Positions 30,966-40,797 are shown, counted from the stretch's first letter. The stretch: DNA of 64,000 nt from an uncultured Chloroflexia bacterium (GCA_963797095.1 CAWCNY010000002.1:192001-256000), one strand, 5' to 3'. The notes: a model not told the origin generated them from the letters alone. Made by a program: numbers and translations.

Positions 30966-31460
30966 ATGCTGGAAGATAGAGTCAAGTTGGTTAGCGAGAC
31001 TTTCGCCCGCACTACGGACAGGCGCGGTTTCTTACAGAGAGCAGGCACTACCGCCTTCGCGGGTATGGTTGCCCTCGCGACGGGGCATCTGTTCAGGGGT
31101 CAGGCGGCAGCCGACGGGAGGGGTGAGCCGGGACGGCTTCCTTTGGTACCACAGTGCAGCCCTCCCGGTCCTTATTGCAATATCAACGGGGTGAACGAGC
31201 CTAACGGCTGCCTCAACGCCCACCCCGGCGGCCCTTACAGCGCCCGCTGTTTCCAGTTCAAGAACGGTTCGGAGATTATTCAGTGTCGCGTCTATTACGA
31301 TTATTACCCCTCGGGGTGCTGGACACGAGCAACCGGCACGGGATATTGGACCTGTTGTGACTGCGAATGTGGCAATCCGGTGGTTGCACATTGCGGCTGT
31401 GCGGGTTGGTCGCTTACACCTGTTCCCGACCCGGATGGGCCCGTCGGCGCGAAATCCTAG
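30966..31460 (+). CDS. Tat-exported 12-Cys small protein, MauA-like leader (paralog 1)
   Basis: DRRGFL Tat motif; CSPPGPYCN...GCWT...YWTCCDCEC...CGC; RBS AAGGAGGT. Confidence 0.8.
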   Translation: MLEDRVKLVSETFARTTDRRGFLQRAGTTAFAGMVALATGHLFRGQAAADGRGEPGRLPLVPQCSPPGPYCNINGVNEPNGCLNAHPGGPYSARCFQFKNGSEIIQCRVYYDYYPSGCWTRATGTGYWTCCDCECGNPVVAHCGCAGWSLTPVPDPDGPVGAKS

Positions 31461-31556
31461 TCATATTTTGGGGCGCGCGTTGTTGGCATAAGTATTAAGT
31501 GCCAGGAGCGCGCGCCTTTGCAATGCCAACCCTAATATGCATGGAAGGACGGCCTT

Positions 31557-34334
31557 ATGACAAAGCGCTTCTTTATCTCTGCGATCCTGGCGAGTGTGCT
31601 TACTGCGCTGTTACTTGGCGCAACGGCCCTGTTCGCTGGCGGCGCGACGGCGGGGACACAGCCCACAACAGGTAATATTGCTCAGACAGAGGGCAAACAG
31701 GGCAGCGCCAAACAGCCCTATGGCACGTGGTCAGACATCGCGCCCCTGCCTACGATCTCAGTTGACGAATTCTATCCATGTAGCCCTACCCCCTGCACTC
31801 CTCAAGGTCTTAATGTTCCGGCCCGTATAAAGCGTGGCGCGGGGGCCGCTTACCCGCCCAACGGTAAGGTATACCTGTTCGGCGGCAGGCATGGCCTCGA
31901 CGGCAGCGAGGACTTCCCTTTACGTTGGATATTCGAGTATGACCCGGTGGCCGACACCTGGACCCAGAAGAGCGCTCTGCTGGACGGCTCGGATACCCGA
32001 GAGCGATACGTCGCGAACATGGCGGCTGGGGTGCTCACGGATACGAATGGCGTGCGGATATACGTGATAGGGGGAAGCAGCATAGATTCGGTGCCAACCC
32101 CGGTCGTGCGCGTGTACGATCCGGTGGCCGACAGCATCACCGACCTGACAAGCACTGACAACTGGCCTGCCAGCCCCGTGCACATTCCCGGCGGCTCGGC
32201 GGTCTACAATAATAAGATGTATCTGTTCGGTGGGTTCTCGTCGCTGGGAGCAGGGGCGGTTTTCACCAGCACATGGCAGTTCGACCCTATGGCTCCGTCC
32301 GGTTCGCGTTGGACGCAACTTGATGACCTGAATGTGCCTCGCGGCTATATCGCGGGGGCGGTGGTCGATGGGAAGTTGTACGCCATCGGCGGAGATACGT
32401 GGGATACCGCTAATCGCCTGCTGGTGCCCACAGATACCGTCGAGATGATGGACCTGACACAGCCAAGCCCCACGTGGGTGCCCGTGGAATCGCTACCGTC
32501 GGCACGCGGCGACCTGAAAGCCTGGGCTTATGATACCGGCACTAACTATGAGATTTCAGGGAAGGTAATGGTGGCGGGCGGGCCGTACCCGGTGCCGGAT
32601 GCAAGCGCATATCTTTATGACCCAACCACCAACTCATGGAGCTCCGCACCTGATATGGTGCACGCCACGCGCAACTACGCGGCGGCCCAGTTGAACGGGT
32701 ATCTTTATGCCATAGGGGGTTACGACTATAGCGACGGCGTGCCTAATGGCGCTAACTTTGTTCAAAGGTACGATGGCAGCCAGCCACCCGGCACACCCAC
32801 CGTCACACCCACGGGCACCCTTCCGACGGCTACGCGTACATCAACCCGCACCAACACGCCGACGGTTACACCCACATTGTGTAGCGCCAATTATGCCTGG
32901 GTCACCGGCACGGCCACGATCATGCCGGGCACGACCGATACAGGGAATCACGGGGATGACGAAATTACCTCTGTCTCGCTGCCTTTCCCGGTTATCTTCT
33001 ATGGTCACTCATACAATAGCGTGATTGTATCGTCCAACGGCAACGCGCAGTTCGTGGGGGCAGACAACTCTTATCAGAATGAGTGCCTTTACAGCCCGGT
33101 GTTGAACGATTACTCGGTTTCGCCTTACTGGGACGACCTGCGCACCGATGGGTCAGGCGAAGGTATCTTCACTGCGGTAACGGGTAGCGCACCCAACCGC
33201 ACATTGTATATCGAATGGAGAACTGAGTATTACGATGGCGGCGGTACGGCCAACTTTGAAGTTGTGTTGCACGAGAATGTGACCAACCATCTAGAGTTCA
33301 TTTATGGAACTGTGTCGGAAGGCAACAGTAGCAGCACGATTGGCATGCAAAAGAGCAGCAGCGTCTACGCGCAATACGCCTGCGACGGAACTGGGGGTGC
33401 GATCACGCCCGACCTGCTGATTACGTGGACGCAGGTTGGTTGCCCCACTCTAACGCCCAGTCCCATTGTAACCTCAACTCTTACTGCGACATCTACGCCA
33501 ACATCGGAGGCAACGGACACGGCCACGAGCACGCCCGTGGACACGCAGACGGCGATCAGCACTGAGACGGCAGTGAGCACAGACACGCCGGTGAGCACTG
33601 AGACGGAGATTGCGACTGAAACGGTCGTGGCCACAGAGACGGCGATCAGCACAGAAACCTCCACCGCCGTTTTGCCTACCGAGACACCTACAGCTTGCAC
33701 GATTGAGTTTACCGATGTTGGGCCTGACGACACCTTCTACGCGGATATTATGTGCCTGGCTTGCAGGGGGATCATCAACGGCTACGACTCGGGTTGTGAC
33801 ACGGGTAATCCGTGTTTCAGGCCGGGCAACTTTGTCACACGCGGGCAGCTAGCCAAGATCGTGTCTAACTCGGCGGGATTCGATGACGACCCAGGGCCAC
33901 AGGCGTTCGAGGATGTGCCGCCTGGCTCGACCTTCTACGACTTTATAGGGAGATTGGGTCTCAGAGGGATAATCAACGGCTACCCATGCGGCGGGCCGGG
34001 AGAGCCTTGCGGGACAGGCAGTTTGCCTTACTTCAGACCATCGGCCAACATCACCAGGGGGCAGATATCGAAGATCGTGTCGGAGGCAGCGGGGTATTCG
34101 GACGCGGTAGGAGACCAGCAGTTCGAGGATGTTGAGCCGGGGTCAACCTTCTACGACTACATCTGGCGGCTGACCGATAGGGGTATTATGCAAGGATATC
34201 CTTGTGGGGGTGTAGGAGAGCCGTGCGTTGATCCTGGCGATCTGCCTTACTTCAGACCATCGGCCACCGCAACGAGGGGACAGGCGTCGAAGATCACGGC
34301 CAATACCTTCTTCCCAGGTTGCGATACGCCTTAG
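31557..34334 (+). CDS. Secreted Kelch-repeat beta-propeller protein with PT linkers and C-terminal SLH-like domains
   Basis: Repeated (K/R)xYx(F/I)GG...YDPxxxxW Kelch motifs, a central beta domain and three SLH-like repeats. Confidence 0.85.
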   Translation: MTKRFFISAILASVLTALLLGATALFAGGATAGTQPTTGNIAQTEGKQGSAKQPYGTWSDIAPLPTISVDEFYPCSPTPCTPQGLNVPARIKRGAGAAYPPNGKVYLFGGRHGLDGSEDFPLRWIFEYDPVADTWTQKSALLDGSDTRERYVANMAAGVLTDTNGVRIYVIGGSSIDSVPTPVVRVYDPVADSITDLTSTDNWPASPVHIPGGSAVYNNKMYLFGGFSSLGAGAVFTSTWQFDPMAPSGSRWTQLDDLNVPRGYIAGAVVDGKLYAIGGDTWDTANRLLVPTDTVEMMDLTQPSPTWVPVESLPSARGDLKAWAYDTGTNYEISGKVMVAGGPYPVPDASAYLYDPTTNSWSSAPDMVHATRNYAAAQLNGYLYAIGGYDYSDGVPNGANFVQRYDGSQPPGTPTVTPTGTLPTATRTSTRTNTPTVTPTLCSANYAWVTGTATIMPGTTDTGNHGDDEITSVSLPFPVIFYGHSYNSVIVSSNGNAQFVGADNSYQNECLYSPVLNDYSVSPYWDDLRTDGSGEGIFTAVTGSAPNRTLYIEWRTEYYDGGGTANFEVVLHENVTNHLEFIYGTVSEGNSSSTIGMQKSSSVYAQYACDGTGGAITPDLLITWTQVGCPTLTPSPIVTSTLTATSTPTSEATDTATSTPVDTQTAISTETAVSTDTPVSTETEIATETVVATETAISTETSTAVLPTETPTACTIEFTDVGPDDTFYADIMCLACRGIINGYDSGCDTGNPCFRPGNFVTRGQLAKIVSNSAGFDDDPGPQAFEDVPPGSTFYDFIGRLGLRGIINGYPCGGPGEPCGTGSLPYFRPSANITRGQISKIVSEAAGYSDAVGDQQFEDVEPGSTFYDYIWRLTDRGIMQGYPCGGVGEPCVDPGDLPYFRPSATATRGQASKITANTFFPGCDTP

Positions 34335-34360
34335 GACACCATCAACATCAACGAAGAAAA

Positions 34361-34396
34361 GAGAGTAGGGGCGCAGCATGCTGCGCCCCTACTCTC
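34361..34396. repeat. Perfect 36-bp GTAG-type REP-like palindrome
   Basis: GAGAGTAGGGGCGCAGCATGCTGCGCCCCTACTCTC. Confidence 0.8.
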
Positions 34397-34491
34397 CTTC
34401 CCTCCAGGATCGGTTAATCCGGTAAAGATGAGAGTAGCGCGTGGCATGCCCCGCCCCCGCAGGCTGTTTTGGTTTTGTTGATAGCCTGTTC

Positions 34492-34788
34492 TTAGGCCTC
34501 GGTAGTGCCTTCGGTTTCCACTTTGTCCTGCGGCTGGGCCTGGGGAGACTCGGTTAGGGTCTGCATGAAGCTACCTGCTGCGTTGAGGACGGCTGGTACA
34601 AGCTTCTTGCCTACCGCGCTGCCAAGTACGCCACCCGCTACCCCTCCGAGAAAGGTTCCGACCACCGGGATGGGAATCAGCACGCTTCCAACCCTCATGC
34701 CGGTCAATATGCCGGCGCCCAACCCGGCGGCCCCACCGATCTGCTCGTTCCGCACCTGGTCGCTGCTCTCCTGCTGTGTGTTTTCCAT
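34492..34788 (-). CDS. Small glycine-zipper membrane protein
   Basis: GGAAGLGAG...GTFLGGVAGGVLGSAVG; RBS AAGGAG. Confidence 0.7.
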   Translation of the reverse strand: MENTQQESSDQVRNEQIGGAAGLGAGILTGMRVGSVLIPIPVVGTFLGGVAGGVLGSAVGKKLVPAVLNAAGSFMQTLTESPQAQPQDKVETEGTTEA

Positions 34789-35055
34789 GTCAACCCACTC
34801 CTTTCATGATGGACATCCGGCGCGAATTGCCTGATGGATTCTATACGCAATGTTGTCGGGTTTAGTTCCACTCTGGAAGGTAGAGATTCGAGGAGATTCT
34901 TGGAGGATTCATGATTAGTAGGAGGGATTGGGGTGCTAACGTTCAGATCTTCTCTTGACCCGATATCTGAACGTTTACCCGCTGGTGAAACTTTGACGAG
35001 CCGTAATCGTATCTCTATAATGAGCAAGAGAAGTAGATAAGAGGAGAATCGAGCC

Positions 35056-36345
35056 ATGCCAGGCGAATTGAACTTGCAAGCCACGCTCTCACGCGTTACC
35101 GTGCCCGTTATGAATGTAGAGCAACTTGTGTATTGCCTGCTTGAGATGCGGCCCGGTGAGGCTGTGGCGACCGGCAACCAGCTACCCCTCAACCTTTGCC
35201 TGGTGCTTGATAGAAGCGGGTCTATGCATGGCTCTAAGATCGAGAGCCTGCGCGATGCCACCTCTCTTGTGCTTGATATGCTTCAGCCGCAGGATTATAT
35301 CTCGGTCATTGTGTTCAACAGCCGCAACGAGGTGGTATTCCCCTCGCAGAGGATCACGGACGAGGCGCGCAGGTCTGAGCTAAAAGAGAAGATAAACCGC
35401 TTGCGGGCCGATGGGGGCACCAATATGGCCCCGGCTATGGAAGCGGGTCTGGTTGAGCTGCGCAAGCAAATGTCTATTTCCGGAACCTCAACCGCCGGCG
35501 CGCCGCAGGTGAACAGGCTGGTGCTCCTGACAGACGGCATTACCGAAAAGGAAAAGAAGTGCCTGGAGCAAGCCGAGCAGGCCGCCCGCATTGGCGTGCC
35601 GATCACGGCACTGGGGATCGGCAAGGACTGGAACGATAAGCTGATGGAGTCAGTAGGCCAGCGCAGCGGAGGCGAGGCAGATTACATCTCTACCCCTGAG
35701 AAGATACGCCAGCACTTCGCGCGCACCGTCCAGCAAATGCAGGCGGTGGCCCTCCAACGCGTTTCGCTCAACGTGCGCCCGGCGCTTGGCATCGAAATAC
35801 GCAACATCTTCCGCGTGTTCCCCTTGATTGCCCGGCTCCAGCCCGGCTCGAATCCTGGAGCGACCGACCGGGCACAGAACGTGTTCCTGGGTGAGCTTGA
35901 GCGCGGGTACGGCCAGAGCGTACTGGTAGAGTTTGTGGTGCCTGCGCGCCCGGCCGGTAGCTACCGGATCGCGCAGATGGAGATCGAGTATGACGTGCCG
36001 CAGGCGGGCCTGATAGGGCAGCGTGCGGCCCTCGATGTGCTGCTCAACTACTCGCACGACCCGGCAACTGTGTCACCCCCTGATGGGCGCGTAATGAACC
36101 TGGTGGAGAAGGTTAGCGCATTCAAGCTGCAAACCCGCGCACTTGAGGACCTTGAGCGCGGCAATGTGCAGGCAGCCACCCAGAAGTTGCGCGGCGCTTT
36201 GACCCACCTGTTGAACCAGGGCGATACCGAGTTGGCCGCTACAGTTGAGACTGAGATCGCCAATCTGGAGAAGGGGCGTATGATGACTTCGGAAGGGCGT
36301 AAGACGATAAGGTTTGAAAGTGGGAAGACTGTTCGGTTGAAATAA
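35056..36345 (+). CDS. VWA-domain protein (YfbK-like)
   Basis: VLDRSGSM MIDAS motif, GGTNM, LLTDG. Confidence 0.9.
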   Translation: MPGELNLQATLSRVTVPVMNVEQLVYCLLEMRPGEAVATGNQLPLNLCLVLDRSGSMHGSKIESLRDATSLVLDMLQPQDYISVIVFNSRNEVVFPSQRITDEARRSELKEKINRLRADGGTNMAPAMEAGLVELRKQMSISGTSTAGAPQVNRLVLLTDGITEKEKKCLEQAEQAARIGVPITALGIGKDWNDKLMESVGQRSGGEADYISTPEKIRQHFARTVQQMQAVALQRVSLNVRPALGIEIRNIFRVFPLIARLQPGSNPGATDRAQNVFLGELERGYGQSVLVEFVVPARPAGSYRIAQMEIEYDVPQAGLIGQRAALDVLLNYSHDPATVSPPDGRVMNLVEKVSAFKLQTRALEDLERGNVQAATQKLRGALTHLLNQGDTELAATVETEIANLEKGRMMTSEGRKTIRFESGKTVRLK

Positions 36346-36357
36346 TGAGGGAACCTA

Positions 36358-37056
36358 ATGGCAATTTACTGTGCTAATTGCGGAATGGAATTACCCGATG
36401 GCGTGGCTTTCTGCGATGCTTGCGGGACGCCTGTGCGCGGGCAGAACGCTGGGGCTAACGCTTCTGCGGCTTCGAACGTGGGTGGGGGAGTAGCAGCCAG
36501 CCCCAACGGCATCGGCGCTACCTCCTGCCCGGTGTGCGGGGCGGCTACCCTTCCAGGCGAAGCGTTCTGCGATAACTGCGGTGCCGCGCTTCTGTCGCCC
36601 ACGACATATACTCCAGCACCTCCGGTTGGAGCCTCGGTCCAGCAGCCGGTGGGCGCTCCTCCTTCTTATTCGCAGGCACCGATGGGCGGCACCGGTGCCA
36701 GCTATGATTATGCGCCCGCACGTGCCCTCTCGGCTTCGCTCGTTATTACGCAGCCACCGCCCCCGGCTACCATCCAGATACCCAATCGCAGCGAGCTAAT
36801 CGTGGGCCGCTCGGACCCTCAGAGCAACAGCTATCCCGATGTTGACCTCGGCCCATACGGGGGCCTGGACCTGGGAGTTTCGCGCCGCCATTTTCGCCTT
36901 ACTCGCAACGGCGACCACTTCTACCTGGAAGACCTCAATGCTCTCAATGGCAGTATAGTGAACGGCCAGCGCATCCCCCCCTATACTCTTCACCCCCTTC
37001 GCTCAGGCGATAGGATCACACTGGGCAAGATGGATATGATTTTTGAGATTGCTTAG
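36358..37056 (+). CDS. Double zinc-ribbon plus FHA-domain protein
   Basis: Four CxxC pairs; FHA motifs VGRS, VSRRH, EDLN.LNG. Confidence 0.88.
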   Translation: MAIYCANCGMELPDGVAFCDACGTPVRGQNAGANASAASNVGGGVAASPNGIGATSCPVCGAATLPGEAFCDNCGAALLSPTTYTPAPPVGASVQQPVGAPPSYSQAPMGGTGASYDYAPARALSASLVITQPPPPATIQIPNRSELIVGRSDPQSNSYPDVDLGPYGGLDLGVSRRHFRLTRNGDHFYLEDLNALNGSIVNGQRIPPYTLHPLRSGDRITLGKMDMIFEIA

Positions 37057-37103
37057 GTGGTTGCGTGACGAAAAGTGACTGCGTACTTCGTAGTGCTTAC
37101 TTA

Positions 37104-37173
37104 GTCACTCGTCACTCGTCACTCGTCACTCGTCACTCGTCACTCGTCACTCGTCACTCGTCACTCGTCACTC
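37104..37173. repeat. Heptamer tandem repeat (GTCACTC)x10
   Basis: Read directly. Confidence 0.95.
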
Positions 37174-37225
37174 GTCTCCGCCGACCCGCATCTGGTATAA
37201 TGAGGGATGGAGGAGAGAAACCCAG

Positions 37226-38125
37226 ATGCCCGTATTTGTTGACCCTAAAGCTTGCGTAAACCGTGACAATTGCTTCGCGGCGGGCGCTTGCCCTAATGAT
37301 GCTTTCATACACAATACCCTAAAGAAAACGTGGGAAGTGGACGCCCAACTGTGCGGCGATTGCCCGGGTCCATGCCTCAACTTCTGCGACAAGGATGCTT
37401 TGCATTGGGGCGATGACCTGGAAGACCTGAGGTTGGTACGTGCCGGTATCGAAGGCACCATGAAGCCCGATGCTGTGGCCGAAGCCCGCCTCACGCACAA
37501 GAAGAAGCGGGCGGAGGAAGCTGCCAAAGCCGAAGCCGCCAAACGCGCTGCCGATGCTGAAGGTGTGATCGCCCTCACACGCCAGAACTTCGAGCGCGAA
37601 GTATTGCGCTCTCAGGTGCCGGTGGCGATAGACTGCTGGGCCGATTGGTGTGTTCCCTGCAAGCAGTTCTCGCCCATCTTCGAGGCTACCGCCAAGCAGT
37701 ACGTTGGGATCGTGAAGTTCGCCAAGCTGGATACAGAAGCAGAGCCTGCCCTTGCCAGTGGGTTGGGCGTGCAGGCCCTCCCCACCACTCTCATGTTCTA
37801 TAAGGGCCAACTTGTCAACGTGGCGGAAGGCGCGCTGCCGGCCTCCTCGTTCCAGCAATGGCTGTACCAAACCCTCGCCGCCATTCGCCAGTACGAGCAA
37901 CAACTCAGCGCCGAAGCTGCCGATGCCATTGCAGCAGCTACCAAGAACCTAGCATCCATCGGCGCGACCGCAGGCGATGGGCCACAGCAAGGGGACGGGC
38001 AGGTTGATGATGCATCATCAGACCTTGTGCGCGATCCAAATGCCCAGGCCGCCCCGCCTCCACCCAGCAACAGCACTCCTGTAGAGCACGGCAAGCAAAC
38101 GGCATCCGGCCTTTACATCCCTTAA
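37226..38125 (+). CDS. Ferredoxin-like (7 Cys) domain fused to a thioredoxin domain
   Basis: CVNRDNCFAAGACP...CGDCPGPCLNFC followed by DCWADWCVPC...ALPT. Confidence 0.8.
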   Translation: MPVFVDPKACVNRDNCFAAGACPNDAFIHNTLKKTWEVDAQLCGDCPGPCLNFCDKDALHWGDDLEDLRLVRAGIEGTMKPDAVAEARLTHKKKRAEEAAKAEAAKRAADAEGVIALTRQNFEREVLRSQVPVAIDCWADWCVPCKQFSPIFEATAKQYVGIVKFAKLDTEAEPALASGLGVQALPTTLMFYKGQLVNVAEGALPASSFQQWLYQTLAAIRQYEQQLSAEAADAIAAATKNLASIGATAGDGPQQGDGQVDDASSDLVRDPNAQAAPPPPSNSTPVEHGKQTASGLYIP

Positions 38126-38176
38126 AGCCTAGTATCCACCTTGTTACGAACCTAACGATTTGGTAGAATCAGAGCC

Positions 38177-38842
38177 ATGTCAACAAAGCGTGATACTAAA
38201 TACGCTGCGAAGCGTCGTGCCGCCGCCCGCAAGCGTAACCGCGAAATAGGCCGCTATCTGTTCGCTTATTTCGTCATTGCACTCCTGGTACTCGGCACGA
38301 TCTCTACTGTTCTTGTTGCCCAGCTTGGGACTTCCACAGCTACCGCCACACCTACGCCTACGCCGGACAACGCCCTTGCCCAGCTTGTGACCCAGGCTGA
38401 TACATACGTCGCTGACGGTGATTTCACTCAGGCTATCCCCCTCTACACGGCGTACCTGGCGCAGTACCCCGAAGACGCCGATGTTCACTTCAAGCTGGGG
38501 AAGGCCTATCTCGACCCCGTCAATCCCAACCCCGACTATCTGGCCGGGCTTGATCAACTTCAGCGTGCCCTGAACATCAACCCCAGTGGCTCATTCGTAT
38601 CTGAAGCTCAGTCGCTTATCAACCAGTACGGAGCTGCCGCCAACGCTACCGCCCAGGCTCTTGCCTCGGCGACTGTACCGATCAGCGGCACGGCGACGAT
38701 AACAGAGACTTCTACTATTACCACAACAAGCACCGTTACGGGCACCGTTACGGGCACCGTCACTTCCACAGACACGAACTCTTCTGCAAGCGGTATTGCA
38801 CCCACGGTCCCGGTTACGGCCACCACGCCGATAACTCCCTGA
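38177..38842 (+). CDS. Membrane-anchored TPR protein
   Basis: Basic N-terminus, TM, TPR-like helices; extended -10 TGGTAGAAT 7 nt before ATG (probably leaderless). Confidence 0.7.
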   Translation: MSTKRDTKYAAKRRAAARKRNREIGRYLFAYFVIALLVLGTISTVLVAQLGTSTATATPTPTPDNALAQLVTQADTYVADGDFTQAIPLYTAYLAQYPEDADVHFKLGKAYLDPVNPNPDYLAGLDQLQRALNINPSGSFVSEAQSLINQYGAAANATAQALASATVPISGTATITETSTITTTSTVTGTVTGTVTSTDTNSSASGIAPTVPVTATTPITP

Positions 38843-38970
38843 GGCTTGATGCCGGTAGGTTATAGAGATTTCGGGTAGGAACATGCAAAACAGAGAAAAT
38901 TGGCGGCGACCCTGCCGGTTTCCTCTGTTTTTGCGCCCGATTTCATGCCTGCAAGCATACATACGCTGAG

Positions 38971-39414
38971 ATGATTGCTCCACCTGATCCCAACTACGAA
39001 TGGCGCGTGCTAGATAGCTTCGCCCGGCAGAGCATCATGTCGACTATCGGAGCGTCGCTGCTGTACGTGCGTCCCGGCGAGGTAGCGATCGAGCTTCCCG
39101 TCGTTGGTGGGTTGGGACAGCAAAACGGATATGTTCATGCGGGCGTGGTGACTACCATCGCCGACAGCGCCTGTGGCTATGCCGCGCTCAGCCTCGCGCC
39201 TGCCGGAGTGGATATACTCTCGGTTGAGTTCAAGGTAAATCTTCTCTCGCCTGCCACCGGTGAGCGCTTACAGGCGAGGGGACGTGTCGTACGCGCCGGG
39301 CGCACAATTACAGTGTGTACAGCCGATGTTTTCGGGTTGGCAGGGGGCGTGGAGAAGCACGTAGCAACCATGCTTGCGACCATGATCTCTGTGCCTGACG
39401 ACATAAACACGTAG
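38971..39414 (+). CDS. PaaI-family thioesterase
   Basis: QQNGYVHAGVVTTIADSACGYAA and SVEFKVNLLSPA. Confidence 0.9.
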   Translation: MIAPPDPNYEWRVLDSFARQSIMSTIGASLLYVRPGEVAIELPVVGGLGQQNGYVHAGVVTTIADSACGYAALSLAPAGVDILSVEFKVNLLSPATGERLQARGRVVRAGRTITVCTADVFGLAGGVEKHVATMLATMISVPDDINT

Positions 39415-39458
39415 CCTGGTTGTGCACGCTTTATTGCATTTCGTAAAGCGGTACACTG

Positions 39459-39836
39459 TCAAATGCCCCGCTGACTGTGATCTCCTCGCTCGAACTCGAC
39501 CTCCACGCCCTTGAACTCGAATGAGCCGCTGAGCGTCTTGCCAGCCAGGGTGAGGGTGAGGGTGCCCTCTCGGCATTGGTAGGTGCGGAGGCGCGGCGCT
39601 GGCGCTATAGGATCGATCAGCACGTAGTCGGCTTTGATGCAGGCGGCATCGTCGGCTATCAGGAAATTGCCCGATTGCGCGCCGGTCGGGAAGTAGATAG
39701 ACACGCCGCCCAGTGGCTCCTCACCTGTGCCGTATTCGTAGAGGGTGAGGATTGCAGTGTCGCCCAACTCCGGTAGGGTTATGGCTTCCACGGATACCGG
39801 CCTGTGGCCCTTCTGAAGTGTGCCTTTGATCTTCAC
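39459..39836 (-). CDS. Hypothetical protein
   Basis: 125-aa ORF, plausible composition, co-directional with the upstream genes. Confidence 0.5.
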   Translation of the reverse strand: MKIKGTLQKGHRPVSVEAITLPELGDTAILTLYEYGTGEEPLGGVSIYFPTGAQSGNFLIADDAACIKADYVLIDPIAPAPRLRTYQCREGTLTLTLAGKTLSGSFEFKGVEVEFERGDHSQRGI

Positions 39837-39877
39837 GTTTGTTTGTTCCCCGAAGAGAGAGCGTGGCGGGCATTAGG

Positions 39878-39909
39878 GCAGCAAAGCCCACTCAGGCGGG
39901 CTTTGCTGC
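39878..39909. terminator. Hairpin
   Basis: GCAGCAAAGCCC-N8-GGGCTTTGCTGC. Confidence 0.5.
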
Positions 39910-39969
39910 TGTTTGATGTTGTGCTGTCGAAAGGGTAATCGAATTGGATGTTGGTTTTACCGCTAAAGG

Positions 39970-40797
39970 TCAGTGCCCTACAAAGAGGCTGAGGTCGGGC
40001 TGCGCGGGGGGCGGAGGCGAGTTGGTGGTGCGCACTACTGCGAACTCCACTATCTCATTGTGGAAACCGAGTACGGTGAGGGCGAAGCGCTTGACCTTAT
40101 CCTGGAGGCTGGGAGGTGGGGCGAAGATGCTGGAGCGGAAGTCGCCTGTACTGGGGTTGGGGCTGCGAGCCGTGAGGGCCGTCCAGCCGTCGCTCGTTAG
40201 CTTGTTGGTGTAGAAATTGAGTATCTGTTGGGGATCGAAGGAGCTTTCGTCGTTGTGATGGTAGAGGATGGTGGCGGCGGCGAATTCCTCGTCAGGTGTG
40301 ACCCCTGTAAGGTTGGTGGCGTCAGGGCAGAAGTCTTGCACGCACCATGCGGCGATGTAGGTATCGGAAGGGCGGGCCAGGAACTTTAGGTCGCTCGTGC
40401 CGGGGGCGTCTTTGGGGTTAGCGCCGCCTGTGCTTCCTATGGGACTGCACTTCAACACTTCTACGCCAAGCAGGCCCAACAGCACCTCATTCTCGGTACC
40501 TTTGTATTCGGGGTGGTATTCGAATCTCGCACGCTCGAAGTACCGGGTCAGATACTCTTTGCCGTCCGCCGCGTTCTTTTGCATAGCGGCGTCGGTGATC
40601 GGGTAGCCCTGCTGTTTCAATCCGCCATGCGTCTGCCAGTACTGGTAGAAGATAGCCGGTACGGTATGCCCCGTTTCCGGGAAAAAGTGATCCTCTGCCT
40701 GGGCCGCCGAATTGGCGCTTGTGTTCTGAGCGGCTGCGACGGCAGACATCAACATCACGGCCAGCACCATGACCGCATAATTGAGAATACGCTTCAT
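39970..40797 (-). CDS. Secreted protein with an FPETG-type cell-surface repeat
   Basis: Signal peptide; FFPETGHTV...HGGLKQQGYPIT...YFERARFEYHPE; start overlaps the upstream stop (ATGA). Confidence 0.75.
   Translation of the reverse strand: MKRILNYAVMVLAVMLMSAVAAAQNTSANSAAQAEDHFFPETGHTVPAIFYQYWQTHGGLKQQGYPITDAAMQKNAADGKEYLTRYFERARFEYHPEYKGTENEVLLGLLGVEVLKCSPIGSTGGANPKDAPGTSDLKFLARPSDTYIAAWCVQDFCPDATNLTGVTPDEEFAAATILYHHNDESSFDPQQILNFYTNKLTSDGWTALTARSPNPSTGDFRSSIFAPPPSLQDKVKRFALTVLGFHNEIVEFAVVRTTNSPPPPAQPDLSLFVGH

Noticed and set aside
30966-31460. Calling this gene mauA (bona fide methylamine dehydrogenase light chain)
   Set aside because: Cys spacing differs, the second TTQ Trp region is absent, and no mauB or mauG is in the window.
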